NCBI GenBank assembly: GCA_037447605.1
Contig: CM074817.1
Coordinates: 2,046,001 to 2,110,000, forward strand
Reading direction: 5' to 3'
DNA: 64,000 nucleotides
DNA from: Zygnema circumcarinatum SAG 698-1b
Taxonomy: Eukaryota; Plantae; Zygnematophyceae
Below, one piece after another: positions 11,797 to 25,979 of this stretch (position 1 is the first letter of the stretch; the number at the start of each line of letters is the position of its first letter). The position numbers were made by a program, and so were the translations under genes. A model generated the notes under the pieces. The model did no database searches, was not told where the DNA came from, and worked only from the letters and a program-made list of their open reading frames with translations.

Positions 11797-14714
11797 CTAC
11801 TCCTCCCACGTTGCCCCCTCCGCCACCATTCCCGCCGCCACCAAAGCCCTAAACAGCTGCATCCAGCGCTGCTCCGCGGTGCCCGTAAACCCCACCGACA
11901 CGCGGATGAGCCCCAGCGCGACCCCCGCCGCCGCCCGCTCCTCCTCCGTTAGGTTGTGCGCCGTGCTCGAGGACGAGATCGAGAGGAGCGTGTCGTGGTA
12001 CCCGAGGCTCACTGCGTAGTGCCCGAACCCGGTCTCGTTCTGACAGCTGCGGGCGAACCGCTGGGCCGCGTCTAGGGACCCCGCGTCGATTGTCAGCATT
12101 CCGCCGAATCCGTACAGGGGATTCCGTATACGGGAACAGAGCTCGTGGTCGGGATGGGAGGGGAGGCCCGGGTACATGGTGTTCACTCCCAAGCTGAAGA
12201 AAAGAAAATTTGAGGGGAATTTGAATTTGAAAGGAAGGTTATTTTTATGAGTCGTTTTTTTTAAGTTTTGTGGTGTGCAAATCATCCTCGGTGCGGGCAT
12301 TGAGATGTTGTTTCCAGGTTTTGGGGTTTTAGGGGTTTTGGGTTTTTAGGGTTTCGGTTTCAGACCTGTGAAGGCGGCGCGCGAACAGGCCCGCCCTTGC
12401 TGCATGCTCGCGCATGCGAATGCCCAAATGTGGCAGCCGCATAGAAATCTGCCATGCGGTCTGATAATGCACAAACGACAAACTCGCTTACGTTAGGGTA
12501 ACAAAACTCTGACGTCATCAACAGAGAAGCAGAAGTTTTGGAACCACCCAAGGAAACCCACTCTCTCCCTCCCCTCCCTTCACACCAGCACTCAAAAATC
12601 CCAAACTTTGAAGATTAGAGAAAGTAGAAAGAATCTCAGTGAAAATTTGGAGACTCATTTGATGTTTACGATGACTGAAAGGAGCGCGAGACATTTTCTT
12701 TTATTTGAAAAGTATCAGAGTTAAGGATTTCTTCTTCTTTATAACCTAAAGACAATAGTCTTTTTACTAAGAACATACCTGCGGCTGCATAGTTCCGCCC
12801 AGCAAGGTTAGGGTTCCGCTGTGGAAATCATTCAGTTTAGATAAGAAGTCGGCGGGACCACATATAGCGCCCCCTAAGATGTCTGATGCTCCGTTGATAA
12901 ACTTTGTAAGGGAATGAATCACAATATCCACTCCCAATCGAGCAGGCGAAATAACAAGCGGCGCAAAAGTATTGTCTACAACAGCTTTCACTCGGTGCTG
13001 TCACAAAGAAGGGAAAAAAAAGGGGACCAAAAGAGAAATAATCTCAAGGAGTGAGTTGAAGAGACAATTGGAACAGACAGTTAAAGAAACAGTTGGATTA
13101 ATTTGTTTTGATTTAATTTGTTATCAGCTTCCATGGCCATGGAGTCTATCATGTGCTCGCAGTACACTATAGGGAGATAGAAGCTAACTTTCCTCTCTCA
13201 GGAAAGTACAGTGTTTTAAAGAGTAGTGAGTCATCTTGGGGTTCATTAGGATGATTATGAGCATCACAAATTATATTAAAATATATATATATAATATATT
13301 AAATTATGATTACCTTGTGCGCAATTTCGGCCAGAACAGGGATGTCAGGAACAGTCAAGGAAGGGTTCGACATTGACTCAAAATACAAGACTTTCGTCCG
13401 CCCGGCCAAAAATGACTCATCCACCTCCTCCGGCTTTGTGATGTCTACAAACGAAACCTGAAATCAAAGCAAAAAAAGACACACAATAATTAAAAAAAAA
13501 AAGGGGGAGGGTGAGGTTGGGGGGAAACCAAAAAAAAAAAAAAAAAAAAAAAAATCTAGCCCATCATCTTGCCTTATCGACAAAAAGGCTTCACCTCCCA
13601 AAAGCTCCAAATGTGACTCTAGGACCGTTTCTTCTGATTCTTATTTTCTGACCCCCTAAACCCCAACCCTAAACCCTAACCCTAAACCCTAACTCGCTGA
13701 ACATCACTCGTTTACCTGCACTTGGAAGCGCGGTAAAATCTCAGTGAAGAAAGCCAAAGTGCCGCCATAGAGACGGTTGGAGGCCACAACGTGGTCTCCC
13801 GCGCTGACGAGCTCCATGAGCACTGAAGAAATGGCAGCCATTCCGCTGCTTGTACAGTACGCAGCTTCCGTACCTTCAAGAGCTGCCAACTGTTGGGCCA
13901 AGAGGAAGACGGTGGGGTTGTACTCTCGGCTATACATGAACGTTTCCTGAAGGGCAGAGAAGAAGAAGGGCTAAAGAAATGTCATAAATATGTGAAAAGA
14001 AAATATGAAATATTTGTAAATATTGATGGATGCGAGGAGTTCAGACATCTTGAAAGTCCTAGAAGCCACCAAAAAAAAAAAAAAAAGAGAGAAGAGAGAA
14101 GGTTGACAGAAAGCAGTAGAGCTCACAGCTCTCAAAAGGCCCAAAAATCCCAAACACAAATATGACGACATGTCTACATGTTCACAGCTTATTTGTTCTT
14201 AAATTGTTCTAGGAAAGTAGATGATTGGATTTAATTTATCTCGCAGTTGTTACAATGTTTAAGGAAATGGAAAAAAAGAATGGCATACTTGTTCAGGACC
14301 TAGCTCATGTGAAAGATATTTGTCCATGTCGGAGGGCTCCACATAGCTGAAAGTTGTCGAGGCTTCAAGGGGAGGATTGACGCCACTGCAACGGCCTTGT
14401 CTGCCAAGAAAAAGAGGGAAAGCACAACAAAAAAAACAATGCATACAGATAAAACAAATGCATGTGTACATTCATACGTACATACATACAGAAACTCACA
14501 AAAATCAAGTTCTCAATTCAAAGACCCAAAACGAAAAAGCAAGCAAGCAGATAGGCATTCACACAGTGACCTCCGGATGAGATGCTACAGCGGCTTACCT
14601 TTTAGCAGACACAGCAGCCAGAGCCTCCATGGGGTCGAAGCTCTCCGCCACGCCGCCTGCATTGTCCGAAGGACAGCTGTCGTCACCTCGGAAGCTCACC
14701 CTCTGTTGGGCCAT
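11797..14714 (-). CDS. MGL: Methionine gamma-lyase (PLP-dependent Cys/Met metabolism family); exons 14714-14599, 14400-14289, 13946-13716, 13457-13314, 12997-12779, 12460-12366, 12193-11797
   Basis: Motifs YSREYNPT, TSSGMAAIS, LYGGT, VLYFESMSNPSL, VVDNTFAP, PLP-lysine motif HSLTKFING, YPGLPSHPDH, AVSLGYHDTL, LIRVSVG. The C-terminal EQRWMQL resembles plant MGL. Confidence 0.9.
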
Positions 14715-15039
14715 CGTGCTGGAAAGCGCTTTCAGCTCTCCTCCTCCCTCTCCCTCTTCCTCCTCTCTCTCCTCCTCCCTCTCCCTCTCCTCCTCTCCTC
14801 CTCCCTCTCCTCCCTCTCCTCCTCTCCCTCTCCCTCTCCTCCTCTCTCCTCCTCCCTCTCCCTCTCCTCCTTTCTCTCCTCCCTTTCCCTCTCCCTCCCC
14901 TCCTCTCTCCTCCCTCTCCCTCTCCTCTCTCTCCTCCCTTTCCCTCTCCCTCTCCTCCTCTCTCTCCTCCTCCCTCTCCCTCTCCTCCCTCTCTCCCTCT
15001 CGACCCCCGCCAGCTAGGCCTGGTGGGCTCTAAATAGGG

Positions 15040-15145
15040 AGGAGACGGTACGGACAGACGTAAAGATACCGTACGGTAACGTACTCAGCGCGTCCGTACG
15101 GACCAGTGTTGTAAATTCGTACACTTCGTGGTTTCGGACTGTACT
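15040..15145. promoter_or_regulatory. GTAC-core cluster (candidate SBP-box/SPL sites) in the MGL promoter
   Basis: 6 GTAC in ~100 bp (15048, 15071, 15081, 15096, 15119, 15141), just upstream of a TATTTA-like element and the CT-rich 5' leader of MGL. Confidence 0.45.
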
Positions 15146-15251
15146 TCACAGGGTTCAGGGACCAGGAATTTGAGATTGAGACTAGGGATGGCAGAAAGTC
15201 CGTACAAGGACTTGCAGGGTTTTAGATTGGAGAATGATAGACCCTACCCGC

Positions 15252-15857
15252 TTTTTGGATATCCCCTCACCCTAATTTTTTTTTGTGAGACAAAAATATA
15301 TTAGGGCCTGCCCGAATCCGGTCGGAGAGGAAGATCCGTCCGTTTCGCACGTGCGAGTGCGCGCGTCATTCACACGGACAGTGAGTCTCATCCGTCAATT
15401 CTCTTGCCGATCGCACCACGGTAACCGTTCGATCTGCAGTCGGGCTCGGTCCCAGCGAATGGCACGCACCCACGTGTCCCGGTATGACGGTCAGACTGTA
15501 AGTTCGCGGAAGGAACGCGGCGGCGCCTGGACGCGTTCGTACGGATATTGGTAACCGAATCGGGTTCGTACAAACTTTTTATAGTTGCAGCTTCCAGGAA
15601 AGGCGAAATACCGTACATTTAGGGCCTGGACCAAACACAACTTGACGTCATGCAAAATAACACGTGGCAGATTGATTGGCTGTCAGTTTTCCGCTAAGGC
15701 TGGCCGGTCCAGGTCATAGTTTTGCGGAGATCTCGGGCCGAGGGACGCGCGCACTCGCACTTGCGAGCCGGGCGGATCTTCCGCTCCGAGCGGATTCGGG
15801 CAGGCTCTAACATATTTTTGTCGCTCAAAAAACTTCGGGGGGGGGGCGTATCCAAAA
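15252..15857. mobile_element. Fold-back / MITE-like non-autonomous element with ~110-bp imperfect inverted repeats
   Basis: 15252-15367 is the reverse complement (roughly 80-85% identical by eye) of 15745-15857 (ttttggata...gacaaaaatat.ttag.gcctgcccgaatccg.tcggag.ggaagatccg...gtgcgagtgcgcgcgtc). Extra GATATCCAAA copies at ~15935 and ~15978. Confidence 0.6.
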
Positions 15858-16627
15858 TGGGGGGAGAGGTTATCATTCTCTTTTATAAAATGGCCTGAGC
15901 TCCAGAATTTTTTATTGAAATTCGAATACTGCGGGATATCCAAAATGGGAGGGCAAAATTTCCAAGAGAAGGGGTGGGATATCCAAACTTGGGGGAGGGG
16001 GGGAGGGGGGGTTACAGTATCATTCACACTCCGTTATCCCTAATTGAGACAGAAGCAGCAAACCGTATGGACGGTACGGTAAAGCCCTGGTTTGTACAGA
16101 CGCAAGTTTGTGCGTGAAAACCACTTGCATGAACAATGTCTCTGCCACGTGGCGCGTTCGAATTGGGTGCGCGGGAGCGTCCGTGTTGAATGTGAATGTG
16201 TTGGCGTTTAACACAATGTAGGGGACAATGTGTGTGCTTTTCGCTCTCATCTGCTTCCCTCTCCTTTTGGCCCCTTCTCAACTTTTCATTTTACGTTTGG
16301 CTTTGGGTTTGCGAGATTTTAGAGTTAGGTTTTGAAGGGTTTTAAGACTCCTCAAACGTCAGTTACAAACAAACCCTCATTGAAGACTCGCCAGTTCTCG
16401 CATGTCTCAAACCCTCAAAAATCCCAAAACTTCTCTTAACCCCAATCTTCATAGAATTCCATGAAGCCAAAAAAGCCACCACCTTGCCACACTCCCAAAC
16501 TTATTCCAATCCCGGCCCAGCCATTATGATCTTCAATTTTTTTTTTTTGCATTGCAAATTTCCCATTGCAAGGACTTACCCTAAAAGGCCCTAAAGGACT
16601 CTGCGAGCTCTAGAATCCCTAGAAACA

Positions 16628-19600
16628 CTAATATGGGCTTTCTGGATACTGCGCGAAACGCGCCATGGCCTTCTTCTGCAGCATGACTTTGTGGTCATCG
16701 CCCGGCAGAATTTTGAAGCGCGAATTGTCTTCCAGCTGCTGCATCCCAAGGCCCACTCTCTGCCCTAAACTCACCGCCTTCACTGGCTCCAGCATCCCCG
16801 AAGACTGCCGGCCCAACCCCTGCAAACCACTAGGAAAATTCCATCAGCTTAAATAGAGCTAAATAGAGCTCACTCTGGTTATGGACCCTAGAGTCTCCGG
16901 GGGAAAAGCCAACAAAAAATGTGAACTTCATTCATGTACAACGACTTCTCCCACAACCCACTTTCCCTCCCTCCCTCCCTACCTCCCTTCCTCCTTCCCT
17001 TACCTGTCCTTCCTGCCATCCCATATTCCGCAGCATTTTGTTTCCCACATTCTGCTCACTCAACGTTTGCTGCGGAGTGAATGCTTCAAACCCTTGTCCT
17101 CCTCCTGAACCCTCTCCCACGCCTGAACCACCCGTGTCTCCCGAGGCTTCCCTGAACCCTCTCCCTCTGCCCGCAGGCTTTCTGCGGAGTCCGGAGGGGA
17201 AGGGCACATCCCCTGTTCCCGAAACTCCTGCCCCTCTCCCTGCCACGCCGGGAGGAAAAGGCATGTCTCCTGTACAAGGGAGAGAGGAAGAGAGGAAGAG
17301 AGAACGGAGGTGTGTGAGAGAAAGCAATGTGAGAGATGTTCGCACGAGTGAGAGAGTCATTATGTGTGGAACATTTATTTTTGGGTGAACGAGGCCATCA
17401 CCTCGCCCACTTGCTTCCTCATGAAAGCTTCTCCTCTCTTGGGGCTCCCGTGCCCCTCCTCCCCCCCCTCTCTCTCCCTCTGCAGGGACATTCCTCTCCG
17501 TCCCTTGGAGGGAGGGAGGAGTTTCCGAAAACTTCCGTTTTCCAGTGACAGGCGGTGCTTGGTTGTTGTATGCCCCAAGAGCCGAAGCATTAGTCTTGAA
17601 TGGCTGAGGCCCACCGGACAAGGAAACAGCCCTCCCTGCTCCCTCTCCCCCTCCCTCAGGCCCTCCAACTTGCCTCCTTGAAGGTACAGAAGGCACCCAA
17701 AAAGCACCTCCTGCACTACCACTTCCCCCGGACTCTCCTCCCTTTACAGCTGCCGCTCCTCGGCCTCGTCCTCTTCCTTCGCCTGCCACTCCTATCACAC
17801 CCACTCCTCCCTCTCGTCCTCTCCCTCCCTCCCCACCGCTACTCCCAATTCCTCTACCCCTCCCTCCCTGCTGCCATCCAGGAGGGGGCACAGCATCACT
17901 CCAAGCTTTCCCAGAAACCTCTCCTCCTGTAGAGGGCGCTGCTCTAAACCCTACAGAGCCGGATTGGCTACTCAATGAGGAGAAATATCCACTTCCTGAA
18001 GGCTGCCCTGAAACCTTTTTTGCTGCTGAGCCCGCCTCATGCTGCCTCTGCTTCCATACATTCAGCTGTTCCTGTACTTTCTTTTTGTTTGCTTCCTTCT
18101 CCCTCTCCCTCTCCTTCTCTTTCTCTTTCTCCGCCCTGCTTGCTACAGCTGCTGCTGCAGCGACTGCCTCTGCCAAAGTCATCTTCTTTTCAGAAGTGGG
18201 CAGCTGCTCTTGTTGCGATGCTGTGGGACCCACAGCTACTTCCGAATCTTTCAGGTTTTCAGAAGCTTGATTTTCTGCACCTTGTGAACCATTCCCAGCT
18301 TCATCTCTATTTCCTTCTGCCGCTTCAGCGTTTCCAGAATGTTCTAGAAGTTGGGCAGCATCAGCAGTGCTTCCATTTTCCGGATTCTTGCGTTCGACAG
18401 CGAGTTCCCGTCCCTCTGGTTTGGAGCAAGGAACGTATTGGTTGGTTGCTGCATCTAAAGCATACCACTGTCCAGAGTTTCCATCATAATACAGTCCTGC
18501 AGAAATAAAGCAGGAATACAGCGATTATAAGTCACGCATTGAAGTGTGAGAGATATCTAACTCAACCTCCAACGCCCTGAATGCAGGAATTACAGTCTTT
18601 TCACACCATACAGTAGAACCACTAAGACCCTGAGCAATAGATGAAATAGTACGATTTACTGTAGCCTGCAATCATCTGACTTTTTTGACTTTCAGATCAG
18701 CATTTGCGACCAGTTTCGGCTGAGTGACAACTAGTCGCTACACACCTGAAGCTTTCATACAAATGCAGTCACATTTTCTACACATATCTGAAGCTTTGGA
18801 AGGGTTTCAAACATCAAAGTTTTAAAGATGACGTTTTTGAGCTTTGTCCAGCCAGTACCTTGGTGCCCATCATAATACATTCCTGTAGAAGCCTGATAGT
18901 AATACCCTGAAGCTTCATCCCATACAAATCCCTCTCCAGTTCCACCTCCTCCTGCTGTTTCAGGACCTTTCTTTTCTCTGCTTATGTCAGAATCCCGCAC
19001 ACTCCTCCGCGACGAATCCCTCCGATCTGAGTGTCTGGGGGACCTCCTACTCTCTCTATTTCCACGCTTACTCTCCCCTCTCTCATCTATCTCATTTTCC
19101 ATCTCATTCATAGAGTCTCGTGAATATCTTTCACGGTGATGCCTTGGTTGGCTTTCCCAATGTGACGATTGTCTGTCATCCCTCCATCTCCTCTCCCTCT
19201 CGTGGTCTCTCCCATGTTGGCGATGACCTCCCGCCTCCCGCTCCCACTCCCTCTCCCTCTCCCTCTCCCTCTCCCTCTCCCTCTCCCTCTCGTCCCGTTC
19301 CGATCGTCGCTCCCCCCGTTCCGATCTTCGCTCCCCCCGTTCCATGCTGCCATCCCTAGCTTGAAAAGAACTAGTTTCTCCATGTCCAGTATGAACACTC
19401 CCGTCGTTCCTAACAAGATCACCATTCCCATGTGTGGGCTCCCTTTCCAGTTCTACTTCAGTTTCCTGTTTTTTCCCTTCAGAAATATCTCCTGGAATCT
19501 CTCCCTGTTCTCCGCAATACTCTTTTGGGAACCATCCCACCTCCTCATACTGCAATGCAAAAGGAGCATCTGAGTAGTGAGCATCTTCCTAAAGCACCCA

Positions 19601-22600
19601 AAACGTTTTGAAATTCGACCCCCCAAACACCCAAACTGCACAGACATAGAAAACCCACCTGCTGCGTAATTTCTTCGACTTGTGCCAAAGCCGGCTCCAA
19701 AACCCCTGATGAGGTGAGCCCTGCAACCCCTCCCATATCTTTTGCATACGAGACTCGCAAAACTTGGCTGTTTCTATCCAGTTGAATTCCATTTGTCGCT
19801 TCCATTGCCTTAGCTGCATCTTCAACCTGCAACAGATCGTAGTCCAGATCAGACATATGTGAAGAGTTGGAAGACAAGGGAACGCGGTTTACATTATACA
19901 GTATGCGAAGGATTCGCGAAGAGTCTGACAGTTGTCCCCTTCCTCTGTTAAAACATTGGCTTTAATTGGAGTGGCATCGTGAGTAAGATCGAACACTTCA
20001 ACACTGAAAGACTTTGCCGTGCTGCTACCGGTTCGAAAAATGTGTGGGCTTTCTCAAGAACAGTCACTTCTAGAGCTGGAAAGATGGGAAAAGCTTCAAA
20101 GGAATGTTGGGAGTTAAAGGAGAGAGGAGGAGGAGGGGGGGGGAAGAAGAGGGGACTGAGAAAGCATGGAAAGCGAAGCGTATTCTTCAATCTGCACTCT
20201 TTTTTTGATGTAAACAACAGTGTATGATTGTCGGAAAGTTAAGAAAATGCAAAATAATCGTTTAACGGCAGAGGACATGACGCTGGATAATGTTGAAACG
20301 TGACAAAAGGTGATGATGACAAATAGGTTTACTCTGATCAACTCACTTATGGTTCTAATTTTGTTCATTTGCCCTTTAGTGGAAAGACAAGGGGAAATGC
20401 TCACAAGAAGCCCGAACACGAATCAACTTACCGTGTGAAAATGAACAAAAGCAAATCCACGAGATGTTTGAGTGAGTTTGTCCTTCACCAGTCGCAGCTC
20501 CTGCAACCCCAAAACTCTGTTTTGTTAATCCTCGAGAAATCTTTAGAAAATGCACTTGAATCTTAAGTGGGCCGGGGGAGAGAGAATAAAAGAGAGGGCG
20601 AGGGAGAGAGAGAAAATCGATTGCCTCACCTTTATCGGTGCATACTTTGAAAACTCATAGTGCAAGTTGTCCTCCACTGTGCTTTCATCGAGCCCACGCA
20701 CTACGAGCACACAGGAGGGAGTGGTAGTTCCACCACTCCCTTGCCCCACAAAGGGCCAACTAGCCTCCGCTGTAACTGCATCTGCTGGTTTAACAACTCC
20801 GCACTGCGAAATCAACAAAAAATTGACCCATTAGTGATAATCCCCAACCGTAACACGTCCGAGGAATCCATACCCCACCTCGTTCTCCTTTCTTTCCCTA
20901 ACTCACTTTCTCGGAGACAGCAAAATAGCTTCATTGTATGAAACATGTGACCTGCTCACCTTGAAGCACTCTTTCCGGCGAGCAAAGTTGTACATTCCAC
21001 AACTTGGGCAACGCCAATCTGTCGGCAGAATTCCTGCACCAGAAGTTGGGCCAAAATCCTGCCCTTGTGGTTTGCTGCATGATGCCAAACAGTTTAACTG
21101 AAAACGATAAGATGCTTGGAGAGGATACGCGCATAGAAACTGGGTATTGGATAAGCCGACAAGAAGGCAGAAGCTGCTTTCAAGAAAAGTTTTTGGGGGG
21201 GTGGTATACGAAGGGAGAAGTTTACCTGTATTCTACGGTTATGTATCGGCCCTCCATCTGAAGTCCCCTTCCCGATCGCAAACCATCCTTCATCACCTTT
21301 GCAGCCTCCTGCCAATTCGTGTGACCGGACAAAAAGAATCAACATTCGATCGGAGCTGTCCAAATGCATCCATTTATTTTCATGCTACTACGGTATACTC
21401 GAATTATGTGGGTGTGCATGTGTGAAGTTTCAACAAGCCAACAGTTGATGCTTACTTTGGCGTGCTAATTTTCATTCAGCCAGTAAAAAACAAAGAAGAG
21501 TTGAATTACTTGCTGGAAAAATAAAGATGTGTCTGAATTGACCTACCACAGATGGAAAATCCACAAAAGCGAAGCCGCGTGAAGCACCTGTATGGCGGTC
21601 TCGTATGACTCGGACATGCTTGAGAGGTCCCCATTCCCCCTGATATAGCAAAAAGGGATTGAAATGAAAATGAAATGAAATGAAATGAAATGAAATGAAA
21701 TGAAATTGGATTGAAATGTTTCATTGAGGGTTCTACGAGCATGGAGAATTTATGGAGGTTCAGTGTCCGTCACACTCAACCATCTAAAAACAAAGTTGAT
21801 TGACAACGGTCTGTTTAACTGAATTCTGGTAACTCACACAACCAAACTTAGCATAGAGTTTTAAATGTACAAATACGGACAACGTACCAACAGAGTATAA
21901 ATTGCATCCTCTGTAGTGTTTGACGGTATCCCCTTCAAGCAGATGGTAGCCGATGGAGTTTCCAAATTCCTTTCAGAGCTCCCTCTGTGAGACCAACGAT
22001 CTCGCGCACCTCTCTCCTCCTCCCTCCATCTCTCATCCTGCCTCCTCGTACTATCATTGCTTCTGCCATCTTCGGAATCTTCCCTTGTGCTCCTCGACCT
22101 CCCTCCTCTATGTCGATGTCGGGCCCTCTCTTCACTTGATCGCACACTTCGATCGTCGGCTGAAGCATAATCTCTGTCATAGTCACTGCTCAAATCTGCT
22201 CTTCCTTCCTCCCTTTCTCTACTTCCCCGGGTCTCTCTTCTCTGTCGTCTCCTCACTTTACTTCGATCATCGAAATCTTCACTTGTCGACCGCGTTGCAT
22301 TTCCATTACTCTCCTCATTCGCATGTAAACCAGCCTCTTCTCTTCCAGAAGCGTGATCTTCAACCCTCTCTGAACCGCTCCGCCCCTTTTTCACCAAACG
22401 AACTTTATCGTACTGCCCCTTTTCATCATCAGCATGAGGTGAGTGATGTGATGCTCTTGGATCAGGGCTATGGGACCTAGAGATGTACCTACTGCTTTCC
22501 CTCGATCTACCAGGGCTATGGCTCCTTGTCCTTCTCCTCTCTCGCCATCTCTCCCTCTCCCTCGAGTCCCGTCCCCAGTCCTTATCGGCATCCCGTTCAT

Positions 22601-23474
22601 CCTCATTCCTGTCCATATCCTTATGCCTGCTTCTACCCCTATCTCGATCTCGAACCCTATCTCTCCCGCTGTCCCTATCTCTACTCCTAAGCCGTTCCCT
22701 ATCCAAACCCCGGTTTCTTTCCCTATCCCTTTCATAATCAGCATCTCTGTCCCAACTCCTGTCTCTATCTCTACCTCTTTCCCTGCCTCTGTCATCGTCG
22801 CCATTCCACTCGGCAATCCTATCTCTATTTTTGTCCCAATTCCAGTCCCTGTCCCTGAATCTCTCTCCCTCATAATCTCTCTCCCTATCTCTAGGATAAT
22901 CTCTCTCCATCTCCGGAAGCCACGCTCCCTCAGGCTCCACTCTTTCCCCTTCCTCTCTTTCGTAATACCTCTCCCTTCCCCTCTCCCTCCCATACTCCCT
23001 ACTCCAATTCCTGTCCCTGTTCATCTCCCTCTCATTCTCCCTTTGCAATAATGCAGCCGCTTCAAACCTCTCTTGCACCAGCTTTACTTGATTGGGAGTC
23101 AATCCTGCCACCTGTTGCGCAACTCGAGCTGCCACCTCAGCTTGTGACATCGGCAGGCCTCCGTACATTGCTGACGTATGCCCTAACTGACCCACGTTTG
23201 GGAACCCCGTTATCCCAGAACTCGTCATTCCCGGTCCGAACATCCCTGCTGGGGTTCCCTGCCCTGCAACGAATCCCTGCTCCATTGAAATATGTGAAAC
23301 TCCAGGGTTCAAGGCTGGGTTCAACGCTTTCTCAGACTCACGAATGCTTGCATCGTGCATAGGATGAGGGTTCAGTCTAATCGCCGGGGAGTTTGACATC
23401 ATTCCAGGCATCATTTGGGGTGGTGGGGGTCCTTGTCCTTGGCTGAGCCTCATGAAATCTGGGGGAGTTGCCAT
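16628..23474 (-). CDS. SUA: SUA / RBM5-RBM10-like splicing factor (RRM - RanBP2 zinc finger - RRM - OCRE - G-patch)
   Basis: RRM1 (ICLKGIPSNTTEDAI...SRGFAFVDF), zinc finger DWRCPSCGMYNFARRKECFK, RRM2 (LVVRGLDESTVEDNLHYEFSKYAPIK...SRGFAFVHF...VLRVSYAK), OCRE (FVWDEASGYYYQASTGMYYDG), G-patch (NVGNKMLRNMGWQEG|QGLGR...GLG). Start codon is tentative. Confidence 0.87.
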
Positions 23475-25979
23475 TTGCAGAGAGCCGGAATGGCCTCCGG
23501 AGGGTTCTGCTGCCCATGTTTCCCTGTGCAGGTCCCCTCTGTGAAGTGGGCCACGACTGCAAAGCAGCTCACATGCAAAGTCTGCAAGTCAGAGGCTAGA
23601 GGTTGGAAGATGTTTTCAAACGATTACAAGAAACCTTAGCAAATTCAAACAACTGCAACATATGTTTCGGGATAACTTTAGGCAAAGTAATAAGCAATCT
23701 AAGGAGAAGAGGGGAAATTTATGGACAACCTGGCTTCAGAGAATTGGGGCCCTCCAAAGCCCTCACCTTGACCCTGCGTCCAAAAAGCCAAGAAAACAAC
23801 GGAGTCAGTTTTCCACCACGCTCCACTTTGCTAATAGATTTGGAATCGTAAAAGCCGCGGAAATATAATGTCCCTTTCAAAAGACGGGAACTTCGGCGGA
23901 TAAAAGGAAGAGTCGATAAGAGCCTCAATGCAAGGCAACTAAATCCCTTCCAAATATCATCCGTTTCTCAAAGCCAGATCGGGTCTGCGCATTTTGACAA
24001 GCTGCTTGCTACTTCCGGCCAAAGTTTCTTGATCCAAATCATCTCCAATGTCCCCTCACTCCGCCGGCCTCTATCTCAACCCATCCCCTTGCACTCTATA
24101 ACCGGAAACCTTAAACCCCTAAATTTAGAGATCTTGCTCTCAGATTAAGCCAACTACTGGTGGAAGCCCTTCTCCCTTTGCTTTTCCCCCTTCTCCATGA
24201 AGTCCCAAAATGCAGATTATGTACTGGGGGCCAAAAAGGGGCTCGCTGCTGTATCCCGCGCCCGTCCATCTCCGACAGCCTCTCTGGTAGCAATGCAGGC
24301 CCCCACCCATCCTCCCGGTCATGTCTTCATCCACAGAGAGCTCAGCTCAGCTCCACCTGCATCTGTGCTCCAACTCGTTCTTGTGCTGCCATTGAATCAA
24401 GAATCCGTTGAAAGTCTCCCGCAACTACACGCAAAACCAAACTAAGAATGACGGCCCTACTGATGCCTCCTATCAACATGCTCTGGAGAAGGAGCAAACT
24501 ATGTATTGTGAATGCTCCATTTCCTCCTATTCATCCAAGTTGCTGGGGAAGCTGGCAGCCGCCAACCTTCTGCACTTTGAAAGGAAATCGACAGTACGTA
24601 TATGTATATGTCTTCTACATGCTCTTCTGACTAAAGTAAGCATAAGTCAAGATAGGCAGACTCATCTTCATCCAACCAGAAATGGCTTAATAGCCTCTAC
24701 TATCCTTTTCCCCCCCCAATTCCTCCCTTGCCCTTTATGATTGATTGATTTTTGGATTTTTTAAAAATGAAGGAAAGACCCTGAAATCCTGGCATGCCCG
24801 CTTCTTGCGAGACGTAACCAATAGTCTGCGACGTAAATAAGCAAACCACTGTATGAAGAAGCATTAAATGACACGGAATAAAGGGAATGCCGCTGATCCG
24901 GATTGAAACTTAACCTGCAAGGGACAGCTAGCTTGCAGCCCCACAAGACGTCCTTCGAACACTAAAAACGGAAGAGACGGAACGGAAGTTGATCAGATTG
25001 CTGAAAAGCCTAATTGCATCCCCTCGACCATGTTTACCAGCAGCTATCATTTAAGTGATGCTGTCTGAAAATCATGAGGAGCGGAATGTTATCCCAGTCG
25101 AACCGCAGACTATCAGAGGTTCATGTATGTTCATCCAACTCGATGGATGCTCCAAACTGCAAGAGCAGTTACAGCCTCCCATTTCATGCCCCCACTCCCT
25201 CTCTTTCTCTCTCGCTCTCTCGCTCCCTCTAATGCCATGTATACGTTCGTCAGATTTTAACATATGAACCATCGCAGGTTTCATAGTTAGTATAATTCTG
25301 CAGAAATTACAGAGATAGCTTACCAGATGCGAGTAGTGTTCCAAATTCTATCTGCGAATCGCGGCAGTTCAAGGCTGCACTTTTCTCCTTCCTCGCGGGG
25401 TAAAGGCAAACCCTAATCCTGCACCTGCACGCGTGGTCTCCAACAGTCAACCGTTCAGGGAAACGGCCATTTTTCAAAATTTTAATCAGTTCCCACATGT
25501 AAATATGCTGTTCTATGTGTTTACTTAAGATAGCTCTAGTTCCTGTTCAACTGAGACGACGTCAAACTTTAACTGTAACATCGTGGATCCACATAGACAA
25601 GGAAGTTGATTGACAGACAGATCAACAGTTGATCCTGAAGCCGAAATTCCACAATTTGGATCTCCTGTACAGTACTGTACTTTGAAGTTTGGCGGAGTTC
25701 AAAGGTTGCTCTGGGATCCACTGAAGGTTTGCGTCCGAGAACCACGAGCAGCTCTCCGCCTCTTTGAAGGCCGTCGACTTCCTTCTGGAAACTGAAAAGT
25801 CTCTGCAGGTTTTGTTTTCGCCTGGTTTTCTGAATGGTCTCTAACCCAATACGGTAGACCCTTTCAATGCATTCTGAAATGAAAAACTTCTGAAATTTCT
25901 GCTGCAATTGCTTGAAAAGAAAGGAAGATCTCAGGGTTTGGCAGCAGCAGCATTCGTCCTGAGAGCAGGGCGGGCGGCC

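Noticed and set aside
24111-25344. Several 60-110-aa ORFs between SUA and mS34
   Set aside because: No family signal and no consistent splice chain; likely divergent promoter or UTR introns.
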